From NCBI RefSeq assembly GCF_020745735.1, contig NC_083408.1:100842484-100906483 (forward strand): a DNA stretch of 64,000 bases, in the 5' to 3' direction. Below are positions 24,299 to 37,890 of this stretch, piece by piece. This DNA is from Hemiscyllium ocellatum (taxonomy: Eukaryota). Under the pieces are notes generated by a model, which saw only the letters and a list, made by a program, of their open reading frames with translations, had not been told where the DNA came from and did not search any database. A program made the translations under genes and the position numbers. Every line of letters starts with the position of its first letter. Position 1 is the stretch's first letter.

Positions 24299-26757
24299 AT
24301 GTGGGGCAGTCCAGACTGAGCATACTTAGGTAGCATATGTGAAAACCCAAACATAATACAGGCAATTTTGATTTGGTTCTGAGACATAAATTTGTAATAA
24401 AGGTGATGCGGAAAAATATTGAGCTGGTATACTATCAATAATCTTGTTTAATTTGGAAATTTATTCATAAAACATTTCTAATATGAGGATGGTATTTCCT
24501 AAAACGAAATTTTTTTTTTGTAAGACAAGGTGATTCTGCATGAAAAGTAAATAGGTTGCATCTTTCAGAATGGAGATGAAAGGGAATGGGACTTGGTGAA
24601 TTCCTGCTTTGGAGGGAGCACAAGTGTGGCGATTAAGCATCTTCCAGTTGTGGTAATGGAGTAACCACCCAGTTTTGCAGGATCAAGAACAGAACCAAGG
24701 TCAACAATCCTCAATTAAAAGGCCTAGCAATCTTCCGAAGAAAAATAATTGTGAAACCTCCAAACAGCCCACATTTATGAAGTTTCAGACTTTAGGAGGG
24801 ATGAGGTAATGAATGTATAAATGTTAACCGTGTAATACAAACTTTGCCGGGGTTGGGGGCAGGGTGTGGGGTTATATGGCATATAAGAGAATGGATCTGA
24901 AAGGGTTAATAATGGAGACTGCATTTATCTCCACCCAATAGTCACATTGGGTTGAGGAAAAGTCAGAACAGGTTACTACAGTGAAGACCTACATCCTAAG
25001 TCTGAGTAACAAGGCCTAATTTATATAACATGTACCTAATCAACACCATGCAACAAGCCACTTTGTTTACATCAAGAACCTCTTATTAATATTCACGAGG
25101 TGTTTGCCTCCACCATTATAAACCCATTAGGCCTTTAAACTCAGTCAATGAAAGAGGACGGTGGCAGCACACTCCATCAAACACAGGCTGGTAGTGTTGG
25201 TATGAAAACACATGCAACATCATCAATGTTTTCTGTAAGCTGCACAGAAAGCATATCTACATTAAATCTTTTTGTATGGCTACAAAAGTGCTAAAGGATC
25301 AGCAATGCAAACAAATTGCCTGTGCACTACAAAGGTATATTACATCATAAATCAAAATTACACATCAGTTGCATATTTTCATCATGCTACTCTTTGATGA
25401 AAATACAAAATTGGTTTTAACCAGCACCTCATGAAAACAGCAAAAATTATAAAACCTGAAATACCAGAAGTTTACTGTAGTATTGCAATGTCCAAGAAAT
25501 CATTTGAGGGTGTGATTATTATTTAAGTGATTTATGGTATACAATAGTGATGTGTATACCCGCTGCATTACATTTTTATTATTTAGTGTGACTTTTAATT
25601 GATTACGTGGACTTCTTGGCATCCGGATTATTTGATCAACCGACACACCCCTAATCAATAAAAAAAAGTTTGCTTTATCTAATAGAATATTTCATTATTT
25701 ATTTACTAAGGAGAGAGGCAGCCTCTGCTGTAAACCTGAGTGAAACTGTACAAATCCATAAAGAAATTTATATTTTTGCTACATATTCTATGGAGATAGG
25801 TCTTACTTTTGGCTGCAAAATAGGACAAAGTAATTGAACAGCCCTAGTTTAACAATTTTTCAGTGGCATTTCATCAGTTGGATCAGCATTCAACAAAAAT
25901 TTAAAGTCATATGTCAGCCCAAGATGCTTCACTGCAGCATTAGATAATATTAGATTAGATTCTAAAGCAAAATATGACATTAAGACATCTGAAGAGACAC
26001 AAGCTTGGTTTTACGGAGTGCTATTTTTGCCACACATTCGATGGAGATGGGTGTTACGTTTGGCTGCAAAACAGGTCAATGTAACTGAATAGCCCTTGTT
26101 ATAACAATTTTTCAACAGCATTCCATCATTTGGAACAGCAAGGAAGAGATGTGGAATAGGTGTAGGGAAGTTTCAGCCAAATTAGGGATGTACAAAAGGC
26201 CAGAATAAATTCAATGCTGGTATCCCAGGGTATGTGGAACTGGACAAGACAAGTACATTGAAAGAATTGATAAAAGACTGAAGTTTAAAGTGAAGGAAGA
26301 CATTCCTTGGCCAGGAACCAATGTAGATCAGAGTATGTGGGTACAGAGGGGACAGGGAGTGAAACTTGGTATTAGTAAAGACATGGCCATGAGAGTTTTG
26401 AATTACCTCAATTCTGAAATGTGGAAATCCAGTTTGGCTGTGTTGAAAGAGTCATGACCAGATGTAACAAAGGCATGAATTATGGTTTTAGCAGCATATG
26501 AACAGTGACACAAGTGATGAATGAGGTAACAAGCAGTTTTAGTAATGGCACAAATAGGAGATTGGATGTGATCTTGAAGTCAAAGGTGACACCAATCACC
26601 CAGCATCAGGTAAGATACTGATATACACTTAGATACACTTGTGCAGGTTTTCTGGAGGAATATTTTGCAGATGTGAAACTTCAGTCTCTATTAAAATGCT
26701 TTTGACAGAAGCATTGAACAGGACAATTTTCCAAGCATTTTTGTGGACATTGATTTA

Positions 26758-27598
26758 TGAATTTTGAGAAGACTTGTAGCTCAAGTTGATGTTCAGGTTG
26801 AAAGTTTGCTCACTGAACTGGCAGGTTTGTTTTTCAGATGTTTCATCACCATGCTAGGTACCATCGTCAGTTAGCCTCTGGTGAAGCATTGGTGTTCTGT
26901 CCCACTTTCTATTTGTGTGTCTTGGTCTGTTGTGGTGGGTTCCTTTTCTGGGAGGTTGGTAAATGGGGTCCAAACTGATGTGTTTATTCATGCAGTTCCA
27001 GTTTGAATGCCAGACCTCCAGGAAATACCATGCGTATCTCTGTTTAACCTGTCATCAGATGGATGTGTTGTCCCAGTTGAAGTAGTGTCCTTCTTCGTCT
27101 GTGCGTAAGGATACTAGTCATAGTGGGTCATGTCTTTTGGTGTTCATGTATCCTCGTGGCTAGTTTTCTGCCTGTCTGTCCGACGTAGTGTTTGTTACAG
27201 TCCTTGCATGGTATTTTGTAAACGAAGACCAACTAGCCACCAAAAGACAGGACCAGCTATCACTAGTATCCATACTTACAGACGAAGGACACCACTTTGA
27301 CTGGGACAACACATCCATCTTCGGACAGGCTAAACAGAGACACGCACGCGAATTCATAGAGGTCTGGCATTCAAACTGGAACTCCATCAATAAACACAGC
27401 AATTTGACTCCCATTTAACAATCTCTGGGAAAAAGAACCAGAAATGATATCACTCACCTTAAGAGACTAAGACACAAATAGAAAGTGGGACAGAACACCA
27501 GCGTTTCACCGGAGGTTCACTGATGGTGTTACCTAGCACAGTGACGAAATATCTGAAAAGAAAAAGACCTGCCAGTGCAGTGAGCAAACTTACAACCT
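26758..27598. mobile_element. Older Penelope/Poseidon-type PLE inverted pair
   Basis: QLATKRQDQLSLVS...HHFDWDNTSI...AREFIE on +, mirrored on -. 35-nt tail on the left; decayed TSD gacattgattta/gacacagactta. Confidence 0.8.
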
Positions 27599-29380
27599 GA
27601 CACAGACTTAGTTTAAAAGCAATTGGTAATTTTGAGGTGATTTGCCATTTTGTATTTTTCCACTTTCCAGGTGTCTCTTCAAATGAGCATTTTTTGTAAT
27701 TGTAATGTTAACAATGCTGTCAACTTTATAGTGCAGTCTACCAACAAAGTAAAGATGAATAAAAAGAGACACCTTGAATCAACCGGAATTATTTAGTAGA
27801 TCATGTCAATGTGAACTTTAAAAGCCTGAATATCATGGAAGAGAAGACTAAGTGAAGGAAGAAATTCCAATTTTGAATTGTACATTCCCGCAGAATGCTT
27901 TTCTCCCTTTTTCACACTCATTACACATTTATGTCTTAACATCATGCAAAACAACACAATTAAACGGCTCTTAGAACATCTCCTCAAATATTACCACACT
28001 CCCGGGTTCACTGAAGTCAACGTGCAGAACTGTTGACTTTGAACTAAAATGGCCAGTTCACAAACTTTAACTTTGCTGGTATACAACCAACTATCTATCT
28101 GTAATACAGCACCCCTGATTGACTCCTAGGAAAGGCAGGCACACATTAGATTCAGAGGTCTAAGTTGAGGCTTCCAGACTAAAATTACTTATTTCAATAA
28201 GTAGTCTTTTATATATAATAAATTCAAAATTCTTACTGATGTTTGGAAAAAATGGTCTCTTCTCTTTGCAATTAAACTGATTTTATTTGTGCATTAATTC
28301 TGCAGGTGGGCAAACTCAATCTTCAAGGGTTGCCTTTTCAAAGAAAGAAAAATAAATTTAAAATCCTTTCAAGTGAAAATAAACCATAAAGTCTCGGTAC
28401 AGGTACTTGCTAATAGGTATAGACCCACAGTAAATCTCTGAACATTCTTACTAAAAATCACCATAAACCTGAATGGTAAAAAAAAACTTCATTGTGGTGT
28501 CGGGTTAACTTTTCAAGGTTTGAACCACGTTTTAAGGGTGCAAGGCAAATACATATAGCAGTCGTTTTAATTTGTAATTAATACACGTGACTTAGGTAAA
28601 AATATTACCTCAAAAGGCACAGCATAAAATTGTAAAGAGCTGAAGTGAGCTCCTGCTCTACTTTGAATTGCCCAGGAGTGTCAGAGTGGAAGCTCCCTGC
28701 CAACTCGAGATGCACGAGAAATCATAATTGTTTGGAACAGGAAAGATAATCCCACAGTGCTCTGTCCATAACTGTGCATGGGTTTGTACAATGGTAAGAT
28801 TACTTCCTGAATTGAATGTTTAAATGCATCAACTACAGGTCCAAAACAAACCAAAGAACAGTTACAGCGATAATAATTGTTTAAATGTAGTATTGAAGAG
28901 TAAATCTGTACAAAATTATACATGGCAAAAATACTAAAATCATTACCTCTCAAGCACACACAGTGATATTCATTCTTCACCTGCGTTGAGCTGGCTTTAT
29001 TATAGTCAGTATTGTTGAAGGATGCTACCTGACACAACTTTTCTAGATTTAGGATAGTTCATTTAAAAGTTCTCATTTCCAACTGGTAAATAATACTCCA
29101 GTTGGAAGTAATCGCGTGACATTATGAAGATGACAAAATGAGGCCTAGATGTCACTTTCTTCAATTTGATCTCATTGCCAAGATGATGAACTGGAATTTT
29201 TGGATCTTTGGCACTGGAATGTCACCAGATGGACCCATAAACAAGGAATAGAAAACATTCAAGAAAAAAAAGTTGGAAGCCAATCCCACTTAGTTTAAAA
29301 CTTCTCCAAATAACACTTTAATTTACTATGAAACAAAATTCTTTTATACAATTTTGTGGAACATGTACATGCCCCAAGTT

Positions 29381-29386
29381 TTTATT
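29381..29386 (-). promoter_or_regulatory. Candidate proximal polyadenylation signal of FCF1
   Basis: AATAAA on the - strand about 70 nt after the stop codon. Confidence 0.5.
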
Positions 29387-29456
29387 CAACAGGTACAGCG
29401 ATATTGACAAACAGCAAACACCAATCTTTTGATGTAAACATAAGTTTGCTGCCTTT

Positions 29457-29505
29457 TCAAAATCTGGGGGCACCATAGTCATCTGGCATCCGTTCAATGT
29501 TGTAC
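29457..29505 (-). CDS. FCF1: FCF1 rRNA-processing PIN-domain protein, exon 8
   Basis: (R)YNIERMPDDYGAPRF*; acceptor ttttcag. Confidence 0.97.
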
Positions 29506-29586
29506 CTGAAAAAAAAATTGGACAGTGGAGTGTTAAAAATCAAACTGCTTATATCAATGCAATCTGTTCAGCTATATGTATGAAAG

Positions 29587-29900
29587 GAAGAATGAATGCA
29601 TTTAATAATAGTAACTCTCATGACCTCAGGAGATTTCTAAGTGCTTCACAGACAATTAATTTCGAAGCTCAGTCACTTATGTAATATTGGACAATGTCGC
29701 AGCCAAGTTTTGCACACACTTTTACAACATACACTGAGATAAATGATCAGCTCAAATGTTTCGAGCTATTAGTTGAGGAAATGATGAGTGCTATTGCTCT
29801 TCAAATAGTTCCATGGAATCCTTCTCTTTCAGACAAATGGATAAGACCTGCTTTCATAATTCTTCCAAAACACAGCAACCTCTCAATAAGGAGATATTAC
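29587..29900 (-). mobile_element. Decayed Deu-domain SINE
   Basis: Reverse complement resembles the Deu core (gattccatggaactatttgaagagc) followed by an L2-like tail; recognised from memory. Confidence 0.5.
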
Positions 29901-30813
29901 TGAATAACTGTTACATTGCCAGAAATCCTAGAATGGAATGGAAAACTAGGTTACTTATACAAAGATTAAAGTTAATCCCGATTATTGCAGTATTTTGCTT
30001 ACAAGCCCCATTAGTTCTTGATTTATACTTAGAAACGCTACTGTATCGACACCACCAACACCTGTTTCTCTTGCTGCTGAATATTTCTACTCAAACTGAT
30101 TCTACATCTTGATCTTCAGCTAGGAGTATTCTCCATTACAGTACTAAACCATCATTATAATGCTACACAATACATTAAACCATCCCCTTTTTCTTTTTTG
30201 TACCTTTCAGAAATGTCAAGCACCCTGGAATAATCAATTCCCAATATTGGTCACTTTGAAACCTCAGGGTAAAATTTGATTGTGATTATATTTATTTTCA
30301 TTTGTTTCATTGACTCTTCTGTCTTGGTACAAATCCTACATGCATTCAGCCAATTAACCTTCAGTTTTATATCAACAACTTTTCCCAATTCTGAACATAT
30401 TTTTCCTTTTCTCTTTCAAAGGATTTGGATGTCACTGGGAAAGGTAGCATTTGCTGTACAGCCCTAATTACCCTTGAACTGAGTGGCCTGATAGATCATT
30501 TCAGAGGGCATTTATAAGTGAATCATGTAACTATGGATCTGGACTCCTAATTGAGACCAATTAAGGCCAGATTTTCTTTCCAGTTGGGTTTTTCTGACGC
30601 TAGATGACACTTACACGGTTGTTATTACAAATACTTAGCTTTTAACTCCAGAAGTTGGAATGGTTGAGGAAGGATCCGGTTATTAAGGTTCAAATCGGTA
30701 CACATGTGTAGGTAGGATAAAGGCACTATCTTCAGCTAGAGACTAAATAGCAGAACCATACTGTTCTCTGGATTACTACCTAAATCAGCAGCAAATTGGC
30801 ATATAGTAAATAT

Positions 30814-31206
30814 GAGCTGAAAACGTGTTGCTGGAAAAGTGCAGCAGGTCAGGCAGCATCCAAAGAGCAAGAGAATCGACGTTTCGGGCATAAGCCCTTC
30901 TTCAGGAATGAGGAAAGTGTGTCCAGCAGGCTAAGATAAAAGGTAGGGAGGAACGACTTGGGGGAGGGGCGTTGGAGATGCGATAGGTGGAAGGAGGTCA
31001 AGGTAAGTGTGATAGACCGGAGTGGGGTGGGGGCGGAGAGGTCAGGAAGAAGATTGCAGGTTAGGAAGGCGGTACTGTGTTCGAGGGATTTGACTGAGAC
31101 AAGGTGGGGGGAGGGGAAATGAGGAAACTGGAGAAGTCTGAGTTCATCCCTTGTGGTTGGAGGGTTCCTAGGCGGAAGATGAGGCGCTCTTCCTCCAGCC
31201 GTCGGA
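30814..31206 (-). mobile_element. Neptune-type PLE 3' end, parent of the short hairpin family
   Basis: - strand RRLEEERLIFRLGTLQPQGMNSDF (GIY-YIG C-terminus) runs into an intact hammerhead cctgaagaagggcttatgcccgaaacgtcg and the short-element body; tail absent. Confidence 0.8.
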
Positions 31207-33843
31207 TTATGATGTTGTGGCCATAACGGAGACGTGGATTTCACAGGGGCAAGAATGGTTGCTAGAAGTTCCAGAGTTTAGAATGTTTAAAAAGAACAGG
31301 GAGGGTGGAAAAAGAGGAGGGGTGTAGATCGTTAATCAGATAGTACATCACAGCTACAGAAACGAAGGTTGTTGAAGAAGGTTTGTATGGGTGGAAGTTA
31401 GGAACAGCAAGGGGGCAGCCACCTCATAGGGGATTTTCTACAGACCCCCTAATAGCAGTAGGGAGATTGAAGAATTCATAGGGTGGCAGATTTTGGAAAA
31501 ATGCAGATGTAGCAGGGTTTTTGTTATGGGAGACTTCAACTTTCCCAATATTGACTGGAACCTCCTTAGTGCAGATGGTTTGGATGGAGCCATATTTGTC
31601 AGGTGCGTTCAGGAGGGTTTCCTTACTCGGTATGTAGACAGGCGACAAGGGGAGAGGCCATTTTGGATTTGGTGCTTGCAATGAGCCAGGACAGGTATCA
31701 GATCTCGCAGTGGGAGAGCACCTTGGTGACAGTGACCACAATTGTCTCACATTTACCATAGTCTTGGAGAGGGAAAGGAGCAGTTACCAAGGGAGGATAT
31801 TTAATTCAGGAAAAGGAAATTATGACGCAGAAAGGGCACAACAGACGTGTGGAGACGGTTTAAGGAGCAGTTGTTGCAAGTGATGCACAGATTTGTTCCT
31901 CAGACAGGCAAGAAGGGGTAAGGTTAAGGAGCCTTGGATGACAAGAACAGAGGAGCTTCTCGTCAAAAGGAAGAAGGCAACTTAGGTAATGTGAAGGTAG
32001 CATGGATCTAGCACAGCTTTAGAGGATTCCAGGCTTACTAGAAAGGAGCTCAGAAATGGGTTGAAGAGAGCCAGGAGGGGGCACAAAAAAGGCTTGGCAG
32101 GAAGAAATAGGGAAAACCCAAAGACATTTTACTCATACGTGCAGAACAAGAGAATGATCGGGGGAAGGTAACATAGGGGACCTGTGCGTGGAGTCTGAAC
32201 AGATAGAAGCCCTAAATGAGTTTTTTGTTTTGGTTTTCACTAAGAAAACGGGCATTGTTGTGGATGAAAACTTGAGGAGCTGGGAAACAGATTGAACAGA
32301 TCAAAATTGATGAAGTTGATGTACTGGAAATTTTGGCAAACATTTGTGATAAGTCCCCAGAACCAGACCAGATTTATCCAAGGTTGCTCCGGGAAGCAAG
32401 AAAGGAGATTGCTAAGCTGCTGGCGAAAATCTTTGCTTCCTCACTATCCACGGGAGTCATACCGGAGGTTTGGAGGGAGGCGAATGTTGTTCCTCTTTTC
32501 AAGAAGGATAATAGGGAAATCCCTGTCAATTACAGACCAGTCAGTCTTACATCAGTGGTCAGCAATGTTTTGAGAAGAATTCTGAGGGACAGGATTTATG
32601 ACTAATTGGAAAAACATAGTGTGATTAAAGGCAGTCAGCGTGGCTTTCTGAGGGCAGGTCATGCCTTACAAATCTTATTCAGTTCCTTGAGGAGGCTGAC
32701 GAAGGTCGAGCAGTGGATTTGGTGTATGTGGACTTCAACAAGGCATTTGATAAGTTCCCCATGGTAGGTTCATTCATATAGTCAGGAGATATGGTATACA
32801 GGGAGATTTGGCTGTCTGGATTCAGCATTGGTTGGCTGACAGAGGCAGAGAATGGTTGTAAATGGAAAGTATTCTGCCAGGAAGTCAGTGGTGAGTGGTA
32901 TCCTGCAGGGTTCTTGTTCTTGGGCCTCTATTCTTTGTAGTTTGTATAAATGACTTGGATGAGGAGGTTGGGGGCGGGTTAGTAAATTTTCAGTTGACAC
33001 AAAGGTTGGAGGTGCCGTTGATAGTATCGAGGGCTATTGCAGGCTGCAGCGTGCCAGAAACAGGATGCAGAGCTGGGCTGAGAAATGGCAGATGGAGTTC
33101 AACCTGGATAAATGCGAAGTGATGCATTTTGGAAGGTTGAACTCAAATGCTGAATATAGGATTAAAGACAGGATTCTTGGCAGTGTGGAGGAACATAGGG
33201 AACTTGGTGTTCGAGTGCATAGATCCCTCAAAGTTGCCACCCAGGTGGATAAGGTTGTTAAGAAAGCATGGTGTTGTGGCTTTCATTAACGGGGGGGGGG
33301 GGGGGGGGAAGGGAACATTGTTTCTAGTTCCGGTCGCCCTACTATAGGAAAGATATGGGGGCTTTGAGAAGGGTGCAAAGAAGTTTTACTACGATGCTGC
33401 CTGGACTGGAGGGCTGCCTTATGAAGAGAGGTTGACTTAGGCTCAGCCTTCTCTCTTGAGATAAGGAGGAAGAGAGGTGTCCTGATCGAGGTATACAAGG
33501 TAATGAGAGACATTGATAGAGTCAATAGCCTGAGACTTTTCTCAAGGGCAGGACTGACTGGCACGAGGGGTCATAGTTTTAAGATATAAGGAGGAAGATA
33601 TAGAGGAGATGTCAGAGGTAGGTTCTTTACACAGAGAATTGTGAATGCATGGAATGTCTTGCCAGCGGTGGTGGTGGAAGCAGCGTCATTCGGGATATTT
33701 AAGTGACTGCTGAATATGCATATGGATAGCAGTGAATTGAGATGTACATAGCTTAGCTTATTTTATTTTAGATTAGGAATAATCCTTGCACAACATTGTG
33801 GGCCGAAGATCCTGTTCTGTGCTGTACTTTTCTATGTTCTATG
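31207..33843 (+). mobile_element. Near-complete but frameshifted CR1 LINE ORF2 (APE endonuclease plus RT)
   Basis: MGDFNFPNIDW, SDHN, KSPEPDQIYPRLLRE, NYRPVSLTSVV, WQMEFNLDKCEVMHFG; (ttctatg)n tail. Confidence 0.9.
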
Positions 33844-33844
33844 C

Positions 33845-34290
33845 CTAACCAAGAGTCACTTAAATGTCCCTAGTGTATCAGACTCTACTACCACTGCTGG
33901 CAGTACATTCCACGCACCCACTACTCTCAGAGTAAAGAACTACCTCTGACATCTTCCCTAAACCTTCTTCCAATTACATTAACATTTTGCCCCCTCGTGA
34001 TAGACATTTCCGCCATGGGAAAATGTCTCCGACCAACCACTCTATCTATACCTCTCAATATCTTGTACACCTCTATTAAGTCACCTCTCATCCTCCTTCA
34101 CTCCAATGGGAAAAGCCCTAGATCCCTCAACCTTTCTTCATAAGACATGCTCTCCAGTCCAGCAGCATCCTGATAAATCTCTCCTGCACCCCTTCTAAAG
34201 CTTCCACATTTTTCCTATAATGAGACAACTAGAACTGAACACAATATTCCAAGTGTGGTCTAACCAGGGTTTGAAAAAGCTGCTGCATAT
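33845..34290 (-). mobile_element. CR1 LINE fragment
   Basis: RT C-terminal remnants on the - strand. Confidence 0.7.
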
Positions 34291-34409
34291 CCTCATTTGG
34301 AGATGGGAGATTTTAGGGGAAAGCATAAGGCAGTTGTATGAGATGATGATTAAATAATGAGAGGGTGTGTGTATGAAATAATGTACAAACATAAGACTGT
34401 ATCAGCAAA

Positions 34410-35750
34410 TAAGTTCATTTTGAGGACATGGTGGTTCAACTGTAGTGTCCCATCATGGACAGCTGTTTCACACTGTTACTACGCAATAGCAACACAAGTG
34501 GTCTTTGCCACAACAAAATGTGACTACCAAGCCAAAAAGACATTTTGCCTATCACACAAATGAATAATATGCTGTATGAGTTCCAGCACCAATGTGATGC
34601 CAGTTATATCGTCTGTACATCAACAAGACTGGCGGATCCTAGCAGCATATCCCTTTGGCTGTTTTGAACAAGGAAGGTACTGACCATACACAACCAGCCC
34701 ACACTTGCAAAACCTGCAATAGTGTCAAACATTATGTGAGATTCTACAATTGGACAACATTTACTACTTAATCTTGTGTGTGAAGAACAATTCGAAGAAC
34801 CAATTTAGGTTTTGTTTATCAGGCTTGCAGTATGCTAATTTTGAATGTACCAGAAACTACATATGTTAATACATAGGGCCTTGTTCTTTGCTGACAGGAT
34901 AAATGTGAACAGTGTGCCTGTTCTTATTGATCAGGCCAGACCCCCTCAAAACATTTTTAGGCAGCCCAGACCCTAACTTTTTCTTATTTTAAAGGTAGAT
35001 GTAAGGCAGATATTCCAGGAGTGAGGCAGCTGGTCAAACCACTCAACTAAGCAAACCACTAAGCAAAACAGAATTTATTTAAACACAACGGTTGAAACAC
35101 AAATAAAAGAAAACAGAATTTAGAATAACTTATTTGAAAATCCAACCGACTTAATATTGTAACTTAACATAGGAGCTATTCCAATTCTCACTACATCCCA
35201 TAAACACACCCCTTGGCAAAAGGTTAATTTAAATACAGGATCCTATAGGCAGGAGAGTGTTCAGAGAGAAGAGTCAGATGGAACGTTCTCTTCACTTTAG
35301 CTGCTTTCATTACCAGCAGGTTCTGACTGCCTGTTAGAAACAAACCAAACTAGAAAAAAAAACCCTGAACTGCCACTTCCCCTCCACTGTTTAAAGTAGC
35401 CACTTCCAGATATATTGACACCTCTGCTTTTACGACCCCTCTTCTTTTACGACCACTCTTTTTAAAAAAAAACAAGGACAAGATAACCTTGTTAAAGGGG
35501 CAGCATTATCACACTGTTTCAACATCAAAACAGGTGATAGCCATATGCAGGTTCATTTCTCAGGGCAATTCCCTGACCAGAGTCAACCTGCCTAATTTCA
35601 AAAATTTAAACAAAGTCTAGCAATTTGTAGTCAATCATTATCTGCCACATTTTCCATAGCACTCTATCAATCAGAGTCTACTTGGCTGCCAAACAGTAGT
35701 GTCTCTCATGTAGTATAGCTGTTGGCTTCTCCCATTATTGACATTCTTGC
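34410..35750 (+). mobile_element. Decayed PLE GIY-YIG region interrupted by an LTR-like insert (~34925-35513)
   Basis: KDILPITQMNNMLYEFQHQCDASYIVCTSTRLAD resembles a GIY-YIG domain. The insert has LTR-like ends (...attatcaca). Confidence 0.55.
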
Positions 35751-36367
35751 ATAAAAATATAGAAATTAGGATTTTTAAAAAAAAACATACTCATGGGAAT
35801 GAGGGTATCACTGGCTTAGCCAGTATTTATTGTCCATCCTGAATTACTAGAGGGCAGTCGAGAGTTAACCACATTGCTGTGGGTCTAGTCACATGTAGGC
35901 CAGACCAGGTAAGGACAGCTGTTGCCTTCTCTAAAGGACATTAGTGAACAAGCATTTTTCCCGACAATTGATAATGGTTTTGTGATCATCAATGGACACC
36001 TCATCCCAGATTTTATTTTGAATTCAAATTCCACTATCTGCCATGGCAGGATTCGAAGCCAGCTCCCCAGAAAATTACCTGAGTTTCTGGATTAATAGTC
36101 CAATGCCTTTGCATAGCAGGCCATTTGGAAGGTCTCTGTCCTTCAACAGGATTTTTGCTATCTCAGTGACATATTTCCACTTTATTCCCATACCCCTTGA
36201 TGCCCTTAAAATTAAAAAAAAAATTCTTTAATATATTTAGTGCCTTGGTTTCCACAACTTCTATAGAAAATTTCATAGGTTCACTACCCTTTGAATGAAG
36301 ATATATGAAGAAATAAGTAGTCTACCTCATATTCTAAGGCCAAGATTCCTGGTTCTAGACTCCCGCA

Positions 36368-36534
36368 GGTCAGACAGCATCCAAGGAACAGGAAATTCGA
36401 CGTTTCGGGCATAAGGCCTTCATCAAGATTTCCTGTCGAATTTCCTGTTTCTTGGATGCTTCCTGACCTGCTGCGCTTTTCCATCAACACATTTTCAGCT
36501 CTGATCTCCAACATCTGCAGACCTCACTTTCTCC
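36368..36534. mobile_element. Short PLE-derived hairpin element inserted in a CR1 remnant
   Basis: 14-bp TSD tctagactcccgca at 36354-36367 and 36535-36548; inverted arms; tail on the right. Confidence 0.85.
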
Positions 36535-37384
36535 TCTAGACTCCCGCAAACAGGGAAAACATCCTCCCTATATCTAGTCCTTCCAGCCAGGTTAAAATGT
36601 GTACGTTTCAATTAGATCCGCTCTCATCCTTCTAATTTGTTACGAATACAAGCTTAATTAAATAATCTTTCATCATAGACGGAATGGCAGGACTGACCTA
36701 TCAGCTTAGTGAACCTCTGTTGCACTTTCTCGAAGGCAAATATATCCTCTCTCAGGTAGAGTGATCTAAACTGCAGGAAATACACCAAAAATGGTCTCAC
36801 AAAGGCCCTGAATAATGGCAACAAGAGGAGACTTCTGAACTTAAATCCTCTTGCAGTGAAGACCAATATACTATTTGTCTTCGGAGTTCTTTGTTGCACA
36901 GGTCTATTTTCATTGATTAGTGTACAAGGACATCAGTGCTGATGGGTGGAACATGAAAGGTTTTGGCAAAATGGATCTTCTTCTGCAATACTCAAGATGT
37001 TTTTCACTCAGACTGTACCCTTAAGTCCAAGTCTCTCCTGCCAGTGGAAACATCTTCTCCACATTCATTCCATCCAGGCCTCTCAGTATTCTAAGTTTCA
37101 ATCATATACTCCCTCATCCTTCTAAACTCCATTGATGCAGACCCAGAGTACTTAACCTGCTCCTCATATGATAAGCAGCTTCATCCTGGGGTTCATTATG
37201 GTGGCTAAAGTGATGCTCCAGCCAGGGCTCCTCAGCTCATCAGCTCCTTTTCCTCTTTTTTTTCTCCCTCTCGCTGCAGTTTTTCTTTCACCACCCAACT
37301 TTTAACTCCTTAAAGTACCTTACCTGGAGGGAAAGGAAAACCGAGTCCTAGATCAGCCCGACTCAGAGATTAGTCGTGGCCAAG

Positions 37385-37890
37385 CTGCAGCAGAGTGGCC
37401 ATGTGCTGAGTCCCAGAAGTGAGTTCCAGCCAGAGTGGGAGCAGAGCGATCATGTGTCAAGTCCCCGAAGTGAGTTCCAGCCAGAGTGGAGAAGAGCGAT
37501 CATGTATCGAGTCCAGGAAGCAACAGCCCAGAGCGGCAGCAGAGCTTGAGCGAGTTGAGCCCTGGAAGTGAGTTGCAGGCTGGAGCGCAGAGTGGAAAGC
37601 AGAGCGACGGTGGGTCGAATCACAAAAGCGAATTGGGGCCGGAAGAGAGCACAGCGATCGCAGGCTGAGTCCTGGAAGTCAGTCACAGCGAAAGCCTGGA
37701 GCAGCAGAAGCAGAGTGTGTGTGTGGGCTTAGTCCTGGAAATGAGTTGCAGAATGGAGAGCACAGCGAGCGTGGCTGCGCTGGGAGCCAAGTTGTGGCTG
37801 GAGCCAGAACAGCAGAGTGAGCACAGACTGGCCAGGGGATGAGTGCTAGAGGCGAGTCTTGGACGGAGGTCAGAGTGTGCAGAGAGCACC
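37385..37890. repeat. Degenerate ~50-bp minisatellite
   Basis: Repeated gagtcc..gaagtgagtt.cag...gagtgg..gcagagcg units; agagcgatcatg at 37443 and 37493. Confidence 0.7.

Noticed and set aside
37385-37890. CRISPR-like array
   Set aside because: Vertebrate context, degenerate tandem units without unique spacers, and no cas genes.
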